A DNA stretch of 64,000 nucleotides from Octopus sinensis. Taxonomy: Eukaryota. The stretch covers positions 65,596,001-65,660,000 of the forward strand of contig NC_042998.1 in NCBI RefSeq assembly GCF_006345805.1, read 5' to 3'. Below the pieces are notes generated by a model. It was not told the origin of the DNA. It did no database searches and was given only the letters and a program-made list of their open reading frames with translations. This document shows positions 12,155 to 25,742 of the stretch, piece by piece. The position numbers and the translations under genes are program-made. Positions within the stretch are counted from its first letter, which is position 1, and each line of letters opens with the position of its first letter.

Positions 12155-12237
12155 TTTATACCAAGACAAAACAATGTACGTGATAAAGCTCCCAATAAGT
12201 TAAGATCAGAAGCCGCTGTCTGGTACTGCATCAGGGT
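12155..12237. mobile_element. Short fragment of the 554-bp (AAT)n-associated element
   Basis: Matches the end of 12257-12810 (tttataccaagacaaaacaatgtac..ctggtactgcatcaggg) and abuts (ATT)n. Confidence 0.8.
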
Positions 12238-12256
12238 AATTATTATTATTATTATT

Positions 12257-12810
12257 GAGTGAGCGAGCAGAGCATGCCATCGAAGTGACACTGGGGTAAA
12301 ATATACGAAGCCCAGTATACCCATCATGACTACCCGTCTGATAAGGGTACACCAGGCACATGCATCACAACCATATGTGCGCGACATGGTGATCTCATAT
12401 CAAGATAAACAGCACATGACCTTGCAGGTGAGGCCCAGTTAGAATTTTCTTCAGGTCGAGTAGCCCATCCCGCTCAAACGGTCCCTGAATAAGGGTTGTT
12501 TAAGGATGTTGAAAGAACCACCCATGTTTCCAGAGGTGAACTATTCAAACCCCAAAGAATCCCTCTCAACACATGGCTATGATGCTCCCCCACTACTTCT
12601 GCTCGTGATCAGAGATGCACATATCGTCAGCCACTAAGGGACATGCTCAACTGGTTAAGGTCAAACAACTGACAAGCAAATCTGTGGTATTGAGCAGAAT
12701 ATTTGCTGTAGCCCATCTTTTATACCAAGACAAAACAATGTACATGATAACACTTCCAATCAGTTAAGATCAGAAGCCATGAGAGCCACTGCCTGGTACT
12801 GCATCAGGGC
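12257..12810. mobile_element. 554-bp non-coding interspersed element, (ATT)n on both sides, orientation uncertain
   Basis: Reverse-complement copies at 46731-47104 and 63776-64000; no ORF and no clear Pol III A/B boxes. Confidence 0.8.
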
Positions 12811-13114
<304 letters not shown>

Positions 13115-13115
<1 letters not shown>

Positions 13116-14155
13116 TATGTTTGACTTTTGCTTTATGTTTGTACAAATTGGCTCCAAGTCTCACCCAGAGACCTCAAGAGACAACAGGTTGGAAGTTCAC
13201 GTTGTTGTTATGCCTAGTGTGCCAAATATTTGGGGGGTTTTTTGGTGTTGTACTAGTGAATGTCTTAAAAATTTATTTTTAAAAAAACGTTTGTTTTAAA
13301 CTTTGAGATTACATAGAGACTATTTTGCGTAGGATATGAGCAGTTCCCATGAGCACTATCTTTTGAATTTCTGCCATTTTGGGGTTTCCTGGTATCTGCG
13401 TTAGGTAGCAATCAACCCCTTTCGCTATCATTCCCAGAGCACCTATGACAACAGGTATTCTTTTAGTCTTCAGGTTCCGCATTTTGCTGATTTCTATTTC
13501 AAGATTTTTATATTTGCTCAGTTTTTGGTAGGTCTTGACAGATACATTTATATTGATTGGAACAGTCATATCAATGAGGAGGCATATTCTTTGTCCGAAG
13601 TCTTTCAATATGATGTCTGACCTGTTTGCATCTATCTTTCTGTCAGTTTGAATGGTGAAGTTCCAGAGGAGTGAGATGTGGTCATTTTCAAGCACAGGAG
13701 GTGGATTGTGTTCCCACCAGTTTTTTTCGTGGGGCAAATCCAGGTTTTTGCAAATTACCCAGTGAATATATTGTGCAGCTCTATCATGCCTGTTGAGGTA
13801 CTCTGTAGGCGCTAGAAGGCTGCACTTGGAGACAACATGATCAATGGTTTCATTTTGTTGTCGACATATACGACATGTTGGGCTACTGCCGTTCTTTAAT
13901 ATGTTGGCCTGGTAGTTTCTTGTTGGTAGGCATTGATCTTGAGCTGCTATGATAAACCCTTCTGTTTCAGATTTTAAGCCAGAGGCCATTAGCCATTGAT
14001 GGGTCAGGGCTTTGTCAATATCTGCATTATTCGCTCTCTTTGGGTATTTGCCATAGAGAGGTGTTTCTTGCCATTTATTATTCAGAATATCTAAGGCCGC
14101 AGTTTTGGCACGGGTTTTCATTCGCTTAGCTTTTTCTGTGCTTGTTTCTTGTATG
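13115..14155 (-). mobile_element. R4/Dong non-LTR retrotransposon subfamily 1, 5'-truncated; ORF 13309-14121 (CCHC + REL endonuclease)
   Basis: GLKSETEGFIIAAQDQ, CRIC..ETIDHVVSKC, RHDR, QTDRKIDANRSDI..IDMTVP..KLSKYKN, IPVVIGALG; (AAT)n on both flanks. Confidence 0.92.
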
Positions 14156-14186
14156 ATTATAATTATTATTATTATTATTATTATTA

Positions 14187-14226
<40 letters not shown>

Positions 14227-14235
14227 GTTATTATT

Positions 14236-15457
14236 ACTTTTTTTCTTCTTTCAAACTTGCTTCCATTTCTTGCTGATTGTCTTCCCGACTCCTAGGGCAA
14301 AGAAACTCATAGTATACATTGGTAGGCCATTAAACCAAACTCAGTAGTTCGTTCAATTTTATTAATTTTTTTTATTTTAAGTTAAATTAAAATACATGAG
14401 CAGCAACAGTTCTCACATCGACAATGCTCTTCTCAATACGTGTGAGGTACCAGTTAAGACAATATTTTGCACTTCTTGCAGGGATGGTAAGCCAGGGATC
14501 ATTCTCATATAGTTTTCGGTTCCCTTCTTGATCATTCCTAGTGCTCCAACGATCACTGGTATTGTAACCGCCTTGAGATGCCACATTTTCTCAATTTCAA
14601 TGAGTAGGTCTTTATATTTTCTGAGCTTGTCAAACTCATTCGCTGAGATATTATGATCACAGGGGATGCTCATGTCGATCAATAAGCAAACTTTATTGTT
14701 TTGGTCTTTCACAACAATTTTCTGGTTTATTGGCCTTGATGGTTCGGTCTGTATGTACTGGAAAGTCCCACAGAATGGTTACATTTTCTCCTTCAGTTAC
14801 AGCCTCAGAGTGGTGATTATACCACTTGTCGGCAGTTTTGATATTGTAATGCCGACTTATTAGCCAGTGTAGATATTGGCCAACTCTGTCATGTCTTAAT
14901 TTATACTCCACTGGTGCTAAGACTTTACATCCAGAGATTAGGTGGTCCACTGTTTCAATCATATCGTTGCAGAATCGGCATTTTTGGTCTGCTCCATTTT
15001 TCATCACATTGACCTGGTAGTTCCGGGTTAATAGGATTTGATCTTGAGCAGCCAGGATGAAACCTTCGCTCTCTGCTTTTAGCCCTGAGCTCCGTAGCCA
15101 CTGATGAGTTTGCTTCTGGTCAACATCAGCTTGTTTGCTGCGGGTCACATATTTGCCGTGCAGAGGTTTCTCCTCCCACCTATCAGCCAATTGCTCGTGC
15201 GCTTTTTTCGTTGCCATTATTTTCACCTTCTTTGCAACAATAATTGCCGTACTTCCCTCGGGTTGTTCTGTTTGGGTATCCTGCACGAGATCAATAGCAA
15301 TTTTTTTGCTTTCCTTTATGATAGAATGAAGCTTATTTCGTCTCTCGTGATTTTCCACGAGCTTTAGCATCCAGTCATTCGTTATTTCGAGATATTTGGC
15401 CAGTCCAATTGTGGTTGTTTTGTAAGCTATTTCAAATTGGATCAGGCCTCGACCTCC
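14236..15457 (-). mobile_element. R4/Dong subfamily 2, 5'-truncated, one frameshift near 14720
   Basis: GGRGLIQ, GLKAESEGFILAAQDQ, CRFC..ETVDHLISGC, RHDRVG, IDMSIP..KLRKYKDL; distinct 3' UTR at 14236-14412. Confidence 0.9.
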
Positions 15458-15480
15458 TTATTATTATTATTATTATATTA

Positions 15481-15547
<67 letters not shown>

Positions 15548-17723
15548 TTAATATTATTATTATGCGTTATTTCAAAACGTATTGCAATTAGATGATAATT
15601 ATTTAAGTAATGATCAAATTTTTAAATCATGTGACGTCAATTTCATACAGTCTCAATTTTTCCATACGTCTCCCCCTCTGTATTTAAAAGAATCTATAAA
15701 TGCTATGTTCCAATGATTCTTGAAATGTAGAAAAAAGCCGTTCGACAACCAGCACTCAAAGATAAAAGACAACATTTGGACCCCTCTTGTTAATATAATG
15801 AAATGCCGAAATAGATTTACTTTCTAAAGGATCCCCTTTTTCTTCACTAACTTTGGCAAGTTTAAAGTTTTGGAAACGTTGATAACTTGGTTAAAACGGC
15901 AATTTGCGTTTTCTTTGGTGAAGCTCTAACAGTTGAGGCTTGCAACTTGGCATATTTTCTCTACCATATATACATTAGTTGCATAAGAAATATATTTCGG
16001 GATTATTCTTGAAGATTGTTGCATCTAAAATTCTATCATTAACAGTGTATTCGTATATCGAGGATTTGCCTTTGAGCAAGAAAGCAGTTTCACCCCAGAT
16101 TCTTTAATTTGTTACAACTGAGTTAATCCGGGGAGAAATATACATTTATGAATCGAATCCATTCGTTAAATGAGATCTGATGGTTTGAAAATACAATCAC
16201 GTATTTATCAACAGGATGCACTGTCAACCGAAACATCTTTCATTAGGTATGTATTTTTTCCATATAAATATGTAGATTTTACTAATGACTTTATTTTTTT
16301 AGTCCGAATGAAAGGTGGCTCTTTTCAACATCACACTGGAATGTATCTTAAAATTTAAAATCATTTCAAATACAATAATGTATTAAAGTTGACAGCTTAT
16401 CTCTTTCTATTTTCTCTCTCTGATTAATGGAAATTTCGTTAGTTTCTTTGTACTTTTTTTTTCGTTTGCTTGCAATTTATTTCAACGCTACTTCACTTCA
16501 ATACTCATATCTTACACATATTTCAATGTTTCTTTTAGCAAAATACAAGACCAAAATAAAACCTGATGATTGCTGAGGAAAAAAGTAATGACATGAAAAT
16601 CTAGGTATATAAACAAAGGAAATAATATGAAAAATCACCAGCAAGAATATAACAAAAGAAAAATATAAAGAATGATATATAATAGCTATGGTTTGTCGGC
16701 AAAGAAAATAAGAGAAACATGGTAGATTATAGGGAACATGTTTAGTTTTGCTATCAATTTATAACTGAAGATGAGATGACAAACAATTTATTGAAAGTAA
16801 ATGTGATTCTATCTATCACTCTACAAAATATACAAAGCTGCTTTGTTCAGCATCCTCCAATTCAACATTTAAAAGATATATGTCAACAAATTCTTCAGAG
16901 CTATGGTAATAATTTACTAATAGCTCATGTGATATATATGAGAGAAGAAATGGCCATCGTATTTCAATCATACTCTATTCAGTTGGTAGAGACGACAACT
17001 GTGGCAGTTTCATTACTTTCATTTCAATATGGTGACAAGTTGATAAATAGAATTAGAAAAAAAGATATAAATTTGTGTTACGAGATTATACACTTTATTT
17101 ATCTATTTATTTAGTTTGATGTAGAAGCGTTGGAAGTTAATGTGTTATGAACAATAAATGTGAGTGTGCAATACATTACATTTCCTCTCCATGTTAACAG
17201 ATTAATTTTATTAGTTATTTAAATATGTCTACAGTATGTCTTGTTCAAGTTAGTCATGAACTGGTAATGATATTATTTTTTATGCTGCTCTATGAAGGTT
17301 ATTTAGTATGATGTGCCAGGAAGGAATAGTTTAGTAAATATTTTTTTGAAAAATTATCTCCGGTTGTGAAAAAACACAATGGCTTGATTTAAATTGCGTA
17401 TGACGAAACGACGTGGTCATGGGTAATGTCATTTATTCAGTATTTGAGATTAAAGGAAGACAATAATTTAACACTTAAAGGTATTGTTGGTGATAAAGAG
17501 CATGTATTTCTGAGTAAGATGTTAACTCTGTAAAATATATTCTTAAGAAAATGTTAAAAACAGTTTACAGAAAGAATTATTAAAAAGTTCAGAGGAATAT
17601 TGGTATTGTATCTGTATATGTATATATACACACAGAAAATTATAAGTTCAAAGAGGTTACATTTTAGTAGTATAGTTTGAACTGACCATCTTCACCATAT
17701 TATCTTTTACGATAATAAGAATG

Positions 17724-17770
<47 letters not shown>

Positions 17771-17771
17771 T

Positions 17772-17860
<89 letters not shown>

Positions 17861-17879
17861 CATATATATTATATATCAT

Positions 17880-18135
17880 GACCTCTTGTCCCTGTTCGGT
17901 TTGTTTCGCTTTACCCTTAGCTTACAATATATTTCAGCCCGTTTGCTAGGTGTTCACATCGATTTTACCACGTGATCGCAGTACTGGTTTGTTGCTGTTT
18001 CAAACATTTTCTGCTGAAAGAAAGTGGAGCAACGTGCAATGAAGATCAAAACTTTTCAATCAGGTACGTAAATCGAACACACAATTATTTCACCTTAAGA
18101 CTGTAAGTACAAAACCCTAACCACTAGTCAATAGG
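17880..18135 (-). mobile_element. Decayed tRNA-derived SINE
   Basis: Minus strand has tagtggttaggg (A box region) and gttcgattt (B box-like); the body resembles 21501-21736. Confidence 0.45.
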
Positions 18136-18198
18136 TCTTCACACACACATACACAAACGCAAACAAACACTAACACACATGCACAATCATATTTATGT

Positions 18199-18266
<68 letters not shown>

Positions 18267-19371
18267 TATATATATGTATGTATGTATATGCATGTATGTA
18301 TGTATGTATGTGTGTATATATGTATACGTACATATATAGATTGTGGTTAAATAAGATAGGGAATAATTTTGTCGGGAAAATTTTTGATCTTGTCTTCTAA
18401 ACAATAACGCAGAAGCTGTAATACTGAAATTAATACAACATTGAGGTTTGAGACAAACCACACACATACACACACACGTACACTCACACACACACACACG
18501 CTCACTCACACACGCGTATATATGTGTGTGCATATGTATACGTTCACATATGCACACACATAAACACACACATATATATATTTGCATATCTATCTGTATC
18601 TATATATACATTTATTAACGAACCATATATGATTCATTGGAAATTGATTCCAGACATCAACATTTCCATCTATGCCAGCACATCCAAATTATCAGTACTG
18701 TAACATGTTTCAGCTGCGGCATAACAGAGGTTTATCTTACAACCCCATATATATATATATATATAAACATATAGACATTCTTTGAGCTATTTCATGATTA
18801 GATTCAATAAAATTTCCTGACATTTCATAGCTGTCTGAAAGTCATGTTATTTTTTTTTCTTTACCTATAAAAATATTGCTAGAATACTGTAAAATGAAAT
18901 AAAAGCACTAATAATAATATTAAAAAAATATCGATACAAGTAATATCTATGATAATAATAATAATTATGACGGCAACAGTAAAAGCCTTGGCAAAATGAC
19001 AACAATTGTAATATTTTTACTAATACAAATAATAACAAACATATTAATGATATTACATGAGAAGTGTCAACGTGAAAATTAAAATAGTAATTTAAATAAG
19101 AAATATATAAATACATATATGAGGTTAACAATTTACACAAATTTTAAATTACATTGCTTTCTATGAGTAGACTGTTACATGAAGTTATGTACACCCATAT
19201 GAATCTATTGACGTCAACAGACTTTTGTGTGTATGTGTGTGCGTGTGTATGTGTGTGTATTAATGTATGTATGTGCACATAAGTATATACACATTTACTT
19301 CTACACATATCTCTCACCTTCTGTCCGTCACATTCAATCTACATACATAAATACACACACACACACATATG

Positions 19372-19405
<34 letters not shown>

Positions 19406-19421
19406 TGTATGTATGTATCTG

Positions 19422-19465
<44 letters not shown>

Positions 19466-19490
19466 TACAGGACTTATTATTTGTAAGAAT

Positions 19491-19828
19491 AGCACTTATT
19501 CCATCAGCCGTTTTTCTTTTGCCGAACCGCTAAGTTACGGTGACGTAAGCACGCAGTTGTCAGTTGTCAAGCAGTGGGGGGACTGTCACACAAATACACA
19601 CAATCAAATATATATATACGGGTGTGTGTGTGCGTATGTGTGTGTGTGTGTATTTATATATACACATATACTATGGGCTTCATTTAGTTTCCGTCAACCA
19701 AATCCATTCAAATGTCTTTGGTCGGCGCGAGGTTATTGTAGAAGACACTTTCTGGAAGTTGTCACACAGTAGGACTCAACCCGGAACAGTGTAGCTGGCA
19801 AACAAGTCACACACTCACTCCTACGCCT
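19491..19828 (-). mobile_element. SINE family Y, diverged copy
   Basis: gccgaaccgctaagttacgg..gtttccgtc.accaaatcca..ggactcaacccggaac..cactcctacgcc. Confidence 0.75.
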
Positions 19829-20788
19829 CCTAATATATATGTTTTATTATATGCCTGTGTATGTATTTATATATAGAAACAGATCTATATATGTATATGT
19901 ATGTATCTATCTAGATATATAGATAGATAGAAGGATAGATAGATAGATAAATCGAAGCCCTAAATTATGCATGTATATTTGAGAGTGATTTTATGCGTAT
20001 GTGTATCTATTTGAGATAACATTGAGATCAGATAACCTGCACCATTTAGTAATACCTTTTGCTAAAATGGATTCATAAAAATTTCATTGCGTTCGTTGAT
20101 TTTTTTTCCTGCTTGAATATTATATTCTTCTTATCATAATTCTGAAATTTCACCAGGAAGAAATCTTTCAATATTTCTTTAAATAAATTACATATTTCTA
20201 AATAATATCAGATGTCCTTTCAAAATATATATTATTTTCCCCTCTTTCTAGAGCGATTGCGTATTTGCTGGTGACATCGCTGTTGTCTTCTCCCCATTAT
20301 CGTGAAAGCAATATATTTCAGTTTTCATAATGCGTATTGTTTATTTCCGATCGCAATTCTACACAATAGAGTTTTATCGTTTTGTTATTTTTTTTTTACG
20401 ATATAAGCTTGAATAATACTAAAACTTTCTGTAATGCCATAAAAATATATTTTAAGTATATATGTATTGTTGTAAAAATTTAAGTATTATTGTTGCTTCT
20501 TGAGAATGTGCTGGAATAAAAGAAGGCTCTTGATAAAACATTTCATAGAGCAGAAGTTTGAGTTTTGAATGATGAGATGCTACCACAGTTTATAGTCATA
20601 CTACGCACAGTTGCTCTCAAATTAAGTTATAATCGTAGCAATTTCTAACTCAAATGTTTCATCTTCTCCAGATTGCGAACAAGCCTATCGAAATATTCTA
20701 ATGATGATATACAGTGAGTTGTTCATCAATACAACTCAATTATTTACAGGTCAGGTGAGGTCAGATATGGGCGCATACATATTTGCAG

Positions 20789-20946
20789 GATATTGCTGCA
20801 TCCACCATGAGTTGGCACTTGCTCGGGTCGTCCGCAGCAACACTCCGAGTGGTTTCCGAGGCGTTACCCATCTCGCGAAATATTTCCTCAGTCAACGAGA
20901 CCATGAGGCCTGAGGCTGAACAACACAGACTATTACTCCAGTCAGG
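20789..20946 (+). CDS. Candidate host exon with start codon at 20807 (MSWHLLGSSAATLRVVSEALPISRNISSVNETMRPEAEQHRLLLQS-)
   Basis: GC-richer non-repeat island; tttgcag acceptor; CCACCATG context; open frame to a GG|GTAAC donor. No recognisable family. Confidence 0.3.
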
Positions 20947-21351
20947 GTAACGTGCTACGTTGGTAACTCGCATTATATTTCGTTTTTATTATTCACATAT
21001 TGTGTAACTTTATTCCATATGTTCACTAACATAACCGCAGTCATGTCCGTGGGATTAAAAAACTCTGTTTGCAGCCATGCATATGCTAGGTTCAATGTGT
21101 TCCACTTGACATTTGAAGGCGTTGTTTCCATCAAAGTCATAGTTGAATGATTTAGACGAGGACAAAATTATAAAAAATAACAATAACACACTTCCTTTTT
21201 CTGATTAAGGTGTCGTTGGTCATCTAAATAATTATATAGATAATGATTATATTCTATCTATTACTTATATCAGTCAACGGATGGTGATCATTACATATAT
21301 ATGTCTGTGTGTGTACTGTGCATGTATATATGTGTGCGTGTGTGTGTGTAT

Positions 21352-21393
<42 letters not shown>

Positions 21394-21405
21394 AATATAT
21401 GTATA

Positions 21406-21488
<83 letters not shown>

Positions 21489-21500
21489 CATAAATAAATA

Positions 21501-21736
21501 CGCCCATTTTAAAGCCTAGCCAGGCTCATGGGCCCAGTTTTCTGGTTTCTATGGCGTATAAGTTCCCCAGCTGAACAGGACGCCAGTCCATCGCAGCGTT
21601 ACACATTTTTGCCAGATGAGTGAACTGGGGCAACGTGAATTGAAGTGTTTTGCTCAAGAACACAACGCGTTGCACGGTCCAAGAATCGAAACCACCACCT
21701 TACTATCATGAGGCTGACACCCTAACCACTAAGCCA
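21501..21736 (-). mobile_element. tRNA-derived SINE (family Z)
   Basis: Minus strand TGGCTTAGTGGTTAGGG A box and GGTTTCGATTC B box, then gcgttgtgttcttgagcaaaacacttca. Confidence 0.8.
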
Positions 21737-21923
21737 TATATATAATAAACAGTGAACGCCAGTGGAAGATACGAAAACTAAAAGAAGTAACACATATGCT
21801 ACGACACAACTATCTCCTAAGCAGATCGAATGCAGATATTAGCAGCATGTGGGAACCGGTATTTTGGAAGGATAGAAAAATATTATATTTATAAGCCATA
21901 AAATTCAATACATTATTACCCAC

Positions 21924-22020
21924 GGGCATATGGCGTAGTGGTCAATATTGCGGGCTAGTAACCTCAAGATTCCGTGTTCGATTCCAAGCAGTGACCTGAA
22001 CAACAATAATAATAGTAATA
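21924..22020 (+). mobile_element. Short tRNA-like SINE (head plus AAT-type tail); not a functional tRNA
   Basis: A box TGGCGTAGTGG (21931), B box GTTCGATTCC (21976), no closed acceptor stem, AAC/AAT tail. Confidence 0.7.
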
Positions 22021-22388
22021 CTCTTTTACACGTTTCAGTCTTGTTGGAACACCGCCTTTAGTCGAGCAAATCGACCCCGATACTTATGCTTTGTAAACCT
22101 ATACTTATTCTAGCGGTCCATTTTGCCGAACCGCTAAGATAGGGCCAGGTAAACACACCTTCATCGGTTGTCAGGCGATGTTGGGGGGACAGACACACAA
22201 ACATATGCACACACGTACATATATATACATATGTACGACAGGCTTCTTTCAGTTTCCGTCTACCAAATTCACTCAAAAGGTTTCCGTTGGCCTGAAATCA
22301 TAGTACAAGACACTCGCTCAAGGTACCTCACAAGGGGACTGAACCCGGAATCCTGTGGTTGGTAAGAAAGCTACTTATCACCCAGCCA
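22021..22388 (-). mobile_element. SINE family Y
   Basis: caccgcctttagtcgagcaaatcgacccc..gccgaaccgctaag..ggactgaacccggaa. Confidence 0.8.
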
Positions 22389-23999
22389 ATCTAACATCGA
22401 AAACTACCTTAGGATTTAGAACCCAGATTAGAAATTTCTCCAAGACACCCGGAGAAGGCTTGGAGGGTATGTCAGCCGAAACGTTGTATCAATAAGGAAC
22501 AAGATGAGATCAAATATCCGTCGAACGTAAATAATATAAATAATGTAGCAACAAGAACGTCTACAACACCTAGTTTCTTTTCCTTTGTATGATCGCTAAG
22601 CTAGATCTTCCACATTTTCAGGTATTAGTTTTCCTTCTATTGATACAGTGCGAGCGTCAGTGATGTCAATGTAAAATACCAATGAGAATACGTCGTAACA
22701 CATACCTTATCATACACGTTTTAAAAAATCTGAAACGAATTTGTAGCATTTTAAATATTCTTTGTGAAGGGAACAAAAACTACGTGCTGGAAGCATACTG
22801 ATTCACTCTTTGGTCCATACCGATCGCCACGTCCCTTATTCTTGACAAGTTATTTTCCAAACCCACACCATCAGGTTCTAGATTTTTCTTACATGAACAT
22901 ACCTAAGATCACCGCATGTATCTTGCGTTATGTTCAAGCAGTGTGTTCCAGGACATTCACGTATAGATATTAAATAGGTCGGTAGTCTCTGCTCTGATGG
23001 GAGATACAATGAAGGTCGATAAAGCTAACTATCAAATATCACCTAATTGAACTTTTCTCTAAACAAAGGAACAGAATCACAAATAATATTATTCCTACAT
23101 CGCATGAAATATCTCACACACTTTTACTTCTTCATGAAAATAATTATGATATTTTTGTAGAGTTGAAAACCACTCAAGACTGACTTCATGTTCATCAAAA
23201 TTGGGATCTTGCTTTTGGGAAAGACAGTGTAAGAAATGTTGTTAAATCTCTACACGAACATGGCATTTCATACTTGGCTTTTATCTGAATATATTAACAA
23301 AACGTTTCACATATGAGGGAGACTAACAGTTTCCTCTTTGCCGTTAAATCGCAATCCCTATCTCTAAGACCACCAGTACTGCGGAATATTGTCCCCTTTC
23401 ATATATTTCCTGCATATATTGATTTATATTGTTAAAGGCACATTAAAGGCAGCAATCTCACAAGTTTCGCTGCGCCTGTAAAGAAAATAAGCATTGTTTC
23501 CCTTCAGGACCAAACAAGTAAAACTAAGAATGTTATAATCGTTGGTATGAAAATGCTGGAATAGCAAAAGTCAACGATATACTCGTTGTTGAGACAAAAA
23601 TTACGTACATTTGTAGCAAAAATCACAATTTGCCAATAGTTTTTTATAAACGTTTATGTGCAGCTTGTTAGGAAATGTTTCACATGAAATGCCGAATTTG
23701 CTGTTCTTTTAAACACCACAATGAGCGTTTCCTTGTAGAACCTAATATTTCTTTATCTGTAATTGACTATCAACATTCTCTCTCTCTACCTCTCTCTACC
23801 TCTCTTCCAGTCTCTCTTTCTCTCTCATGTGCATTTCTTTTCAGTAGTTTTCTCATATAAGTCAGAAGATAGTCAAAAGATATTCTCTGGTGACGTTAGA
23901 TGTTGGAGAGAGATATTTGCTTAGTACTCAGTCTGTAGCTATGTCACACTTATTGCGTCATAGATGTGTTGTAACGTTGTGATAAGATTGCTTAAAAAT

Positions 24000-24430
24000 A
24001 AAAATGGATACTTGAGGACTGGCTTTTAAGGTATTTACAGTGTGTCTGTTCATACGACGTAATACCACCTGTTGGTGCACATCCGATTTGGACCACCAAG
24101 TGCTGCAGGTAAGTTCTGATCTTTATGGATCTTAACATGTCTTTTGAGGCCGCGTTAGATTTGCATACATTCTGGCATACACTGCATTCAAAGGTGTGCA
24201 CATACATATAGGCAGGATAGTTGGTGAATGTTTGTTGTCCATGGGTTGGCAAATAAGATTTTAGCCCATCAAAAGAAAGGTATGGTCTGTCAGGAACAGT
24301 GCACGCAAAAAGATCATTATGATTCATCTTATCGATCGTAACATTCTTCCTTTAATCTCTCTTGATTCATGCACGCGCTAGTCTGACATTTTCCAACGTT
24401 TTCACTTCACTCCACACTTTTGATTGTCTT
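24000..24430 (-). mobile_element. RTE-clade LINE C-terminal relic
   Basis: Degenerate W..V..LE..R...KR..RK followed by zinc-finger-like remnants (TVPDRPYLSFDGLKSYLPTH; FECSVCQNVCKSNA). Confidence 0.45.
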
Positions 24431-24469
24431 GTACATCAACTTTAAAATTTTATTAAGAGTATGTTACTT

Positions 24470-24680
24470 GAGGTTGTCGATTGCTCATCTACGTTGAATG
24501 CTCTATACAAAAGGAAGGAAATCTTGGTACAGAAATACATCTGCGAATTCAAAGGGTATCACAAGCACTCGTTGTCTTGGAGTCACGCATTTAGTGCCAG
24601 CAACATATAACTGACAATGCAAAGCTGGCTCTTTAAAAATTATTCGTCTTACTATGCCTGTTATATTTTCATTGGTATTT
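24470..24680 (+). mobile_element. RTE-clade LINE RT/thumb relic, inverted relative to 24000-24430
   Basis: GNLGTEIHLRIQRVSQALVVLESRI*..TDNAKLAL*KLFVLLCLLY resembles the EI..RI.KAS.AF..L..R.W...TK..VY..V...LLY consensus. Confidence 0.45.
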
Positions 24681-24894
24681 TCACATTGACATCGCTATCA
24701 GTAGAGGGAAAACTAATATCTGATAATGAGGAAGATCTAGCTTAGCGATCATGCAAAAGAAATGAAACGAGGTGTTGTAGGCGTTCATATTGCTTATCGT
24801 ATTGCTAATCGTATTTCTTATCACAACGTAATACTTGGCATACTGAAAATCACTTGAATCAGGCTTGACTTAACAGAACTATTATCTAGTAATT

Positions 24895-25096
24895 ACTCTT
24901 TTACTCTTCTACTTGTTTCAGTCATTTGACTGCGGGCATGCTGGAGCACCGCCTGTAGTCGAGGAAATCCACCCCAGGACTTATTCTTTGTAAGCCTAGT
25001 ACTTAATCTATCGGTCACTTTTGCCGAACCTCTAAGTGACAGGGACGTAAACACACCAACATCGGTTGTCAAGCAATACTAGGGGGACAAACACAG

Positions 25097-25129
<33 letters not shown>

Positions 25130-25132
25130 CAT

Positions 25133-25185
<53 letters not shown>

Positions 25186-25355
25186 TACATATATACGACG
25201 GCCTTCTTTCAGTTTCCGTCTACCAAGACTCACAAGGCTTTGGTTGGCCCGAGGCTATATTTGAAGACACTTGCCCAAGATGCCATGCAGTGGGACTGAA
25301 CCCGGAACCATGTGGTTGATAAGCAAGCTACTTACTACACAGCCACTCCTGCGCC
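24895..25355 (-). mobile_element. SINE family Y, full length with internal (CA)/(TA) microsatellite
   Basis: Minus 5' ggcgcaggagtggctgtg(t)agtaagtagcttgc..ggttccgggttcagtccc (A/B-box-like); 3' gactgaaacaagtagaagagtaaaagag. Confidence 0.88.
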
Positions 25356-25379
25356 TAATTCTATATATTTTATATTTCA

Positions 25380-25742
25380 CTTATTTCAGTCATTTGATTT
25401 TGGCTATGCTGGTGCGCCGTCTTGAAGAATTATAGTCGAACCAACCGACCCTGTTATATATTGTTTCATATTGTATCGGAGTGTTAGGCTAACAATTGAG
25501 ATACAGAGGCGTAGACATACCAACACTTGGCGTCAACAAAGACAGACACAAAGACAGAAAGATACGCACCCCCAGCCGCACACACAATTGTCTTGTTTCA
25601 GTCTCCGTTTACCAAATCCTTTCATAAGGTATTTATCTGTCCGAAGCTATAGTTGACGACACTTATCGAAGGTGCTATAGAGGGGGACTCAATCCAGGAT
25701 AATGTGATTGGGAAGCAAACTTCTTATTCCACAGACACATCT
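25380..25742 (-). mobile_element. SINE family Y, older copy
   Basis: Degenerate collinear match to 24895-25355. Confidence 0.6.

Noticed and set aside
16776-17114. 112-aa ORF in unique AT-rich DNA
   Set aside because: No motif, no splice support and no compositional signal; plausible by chance.
21924-22000. Possible tRNA gene; likewise the SINE heads at 5410-5490 and 21660-21736
   Set aside because: A and B boxes are present, but there is no closed cloverleaf acceptor stem, and they continue into SINE bodies or tails.
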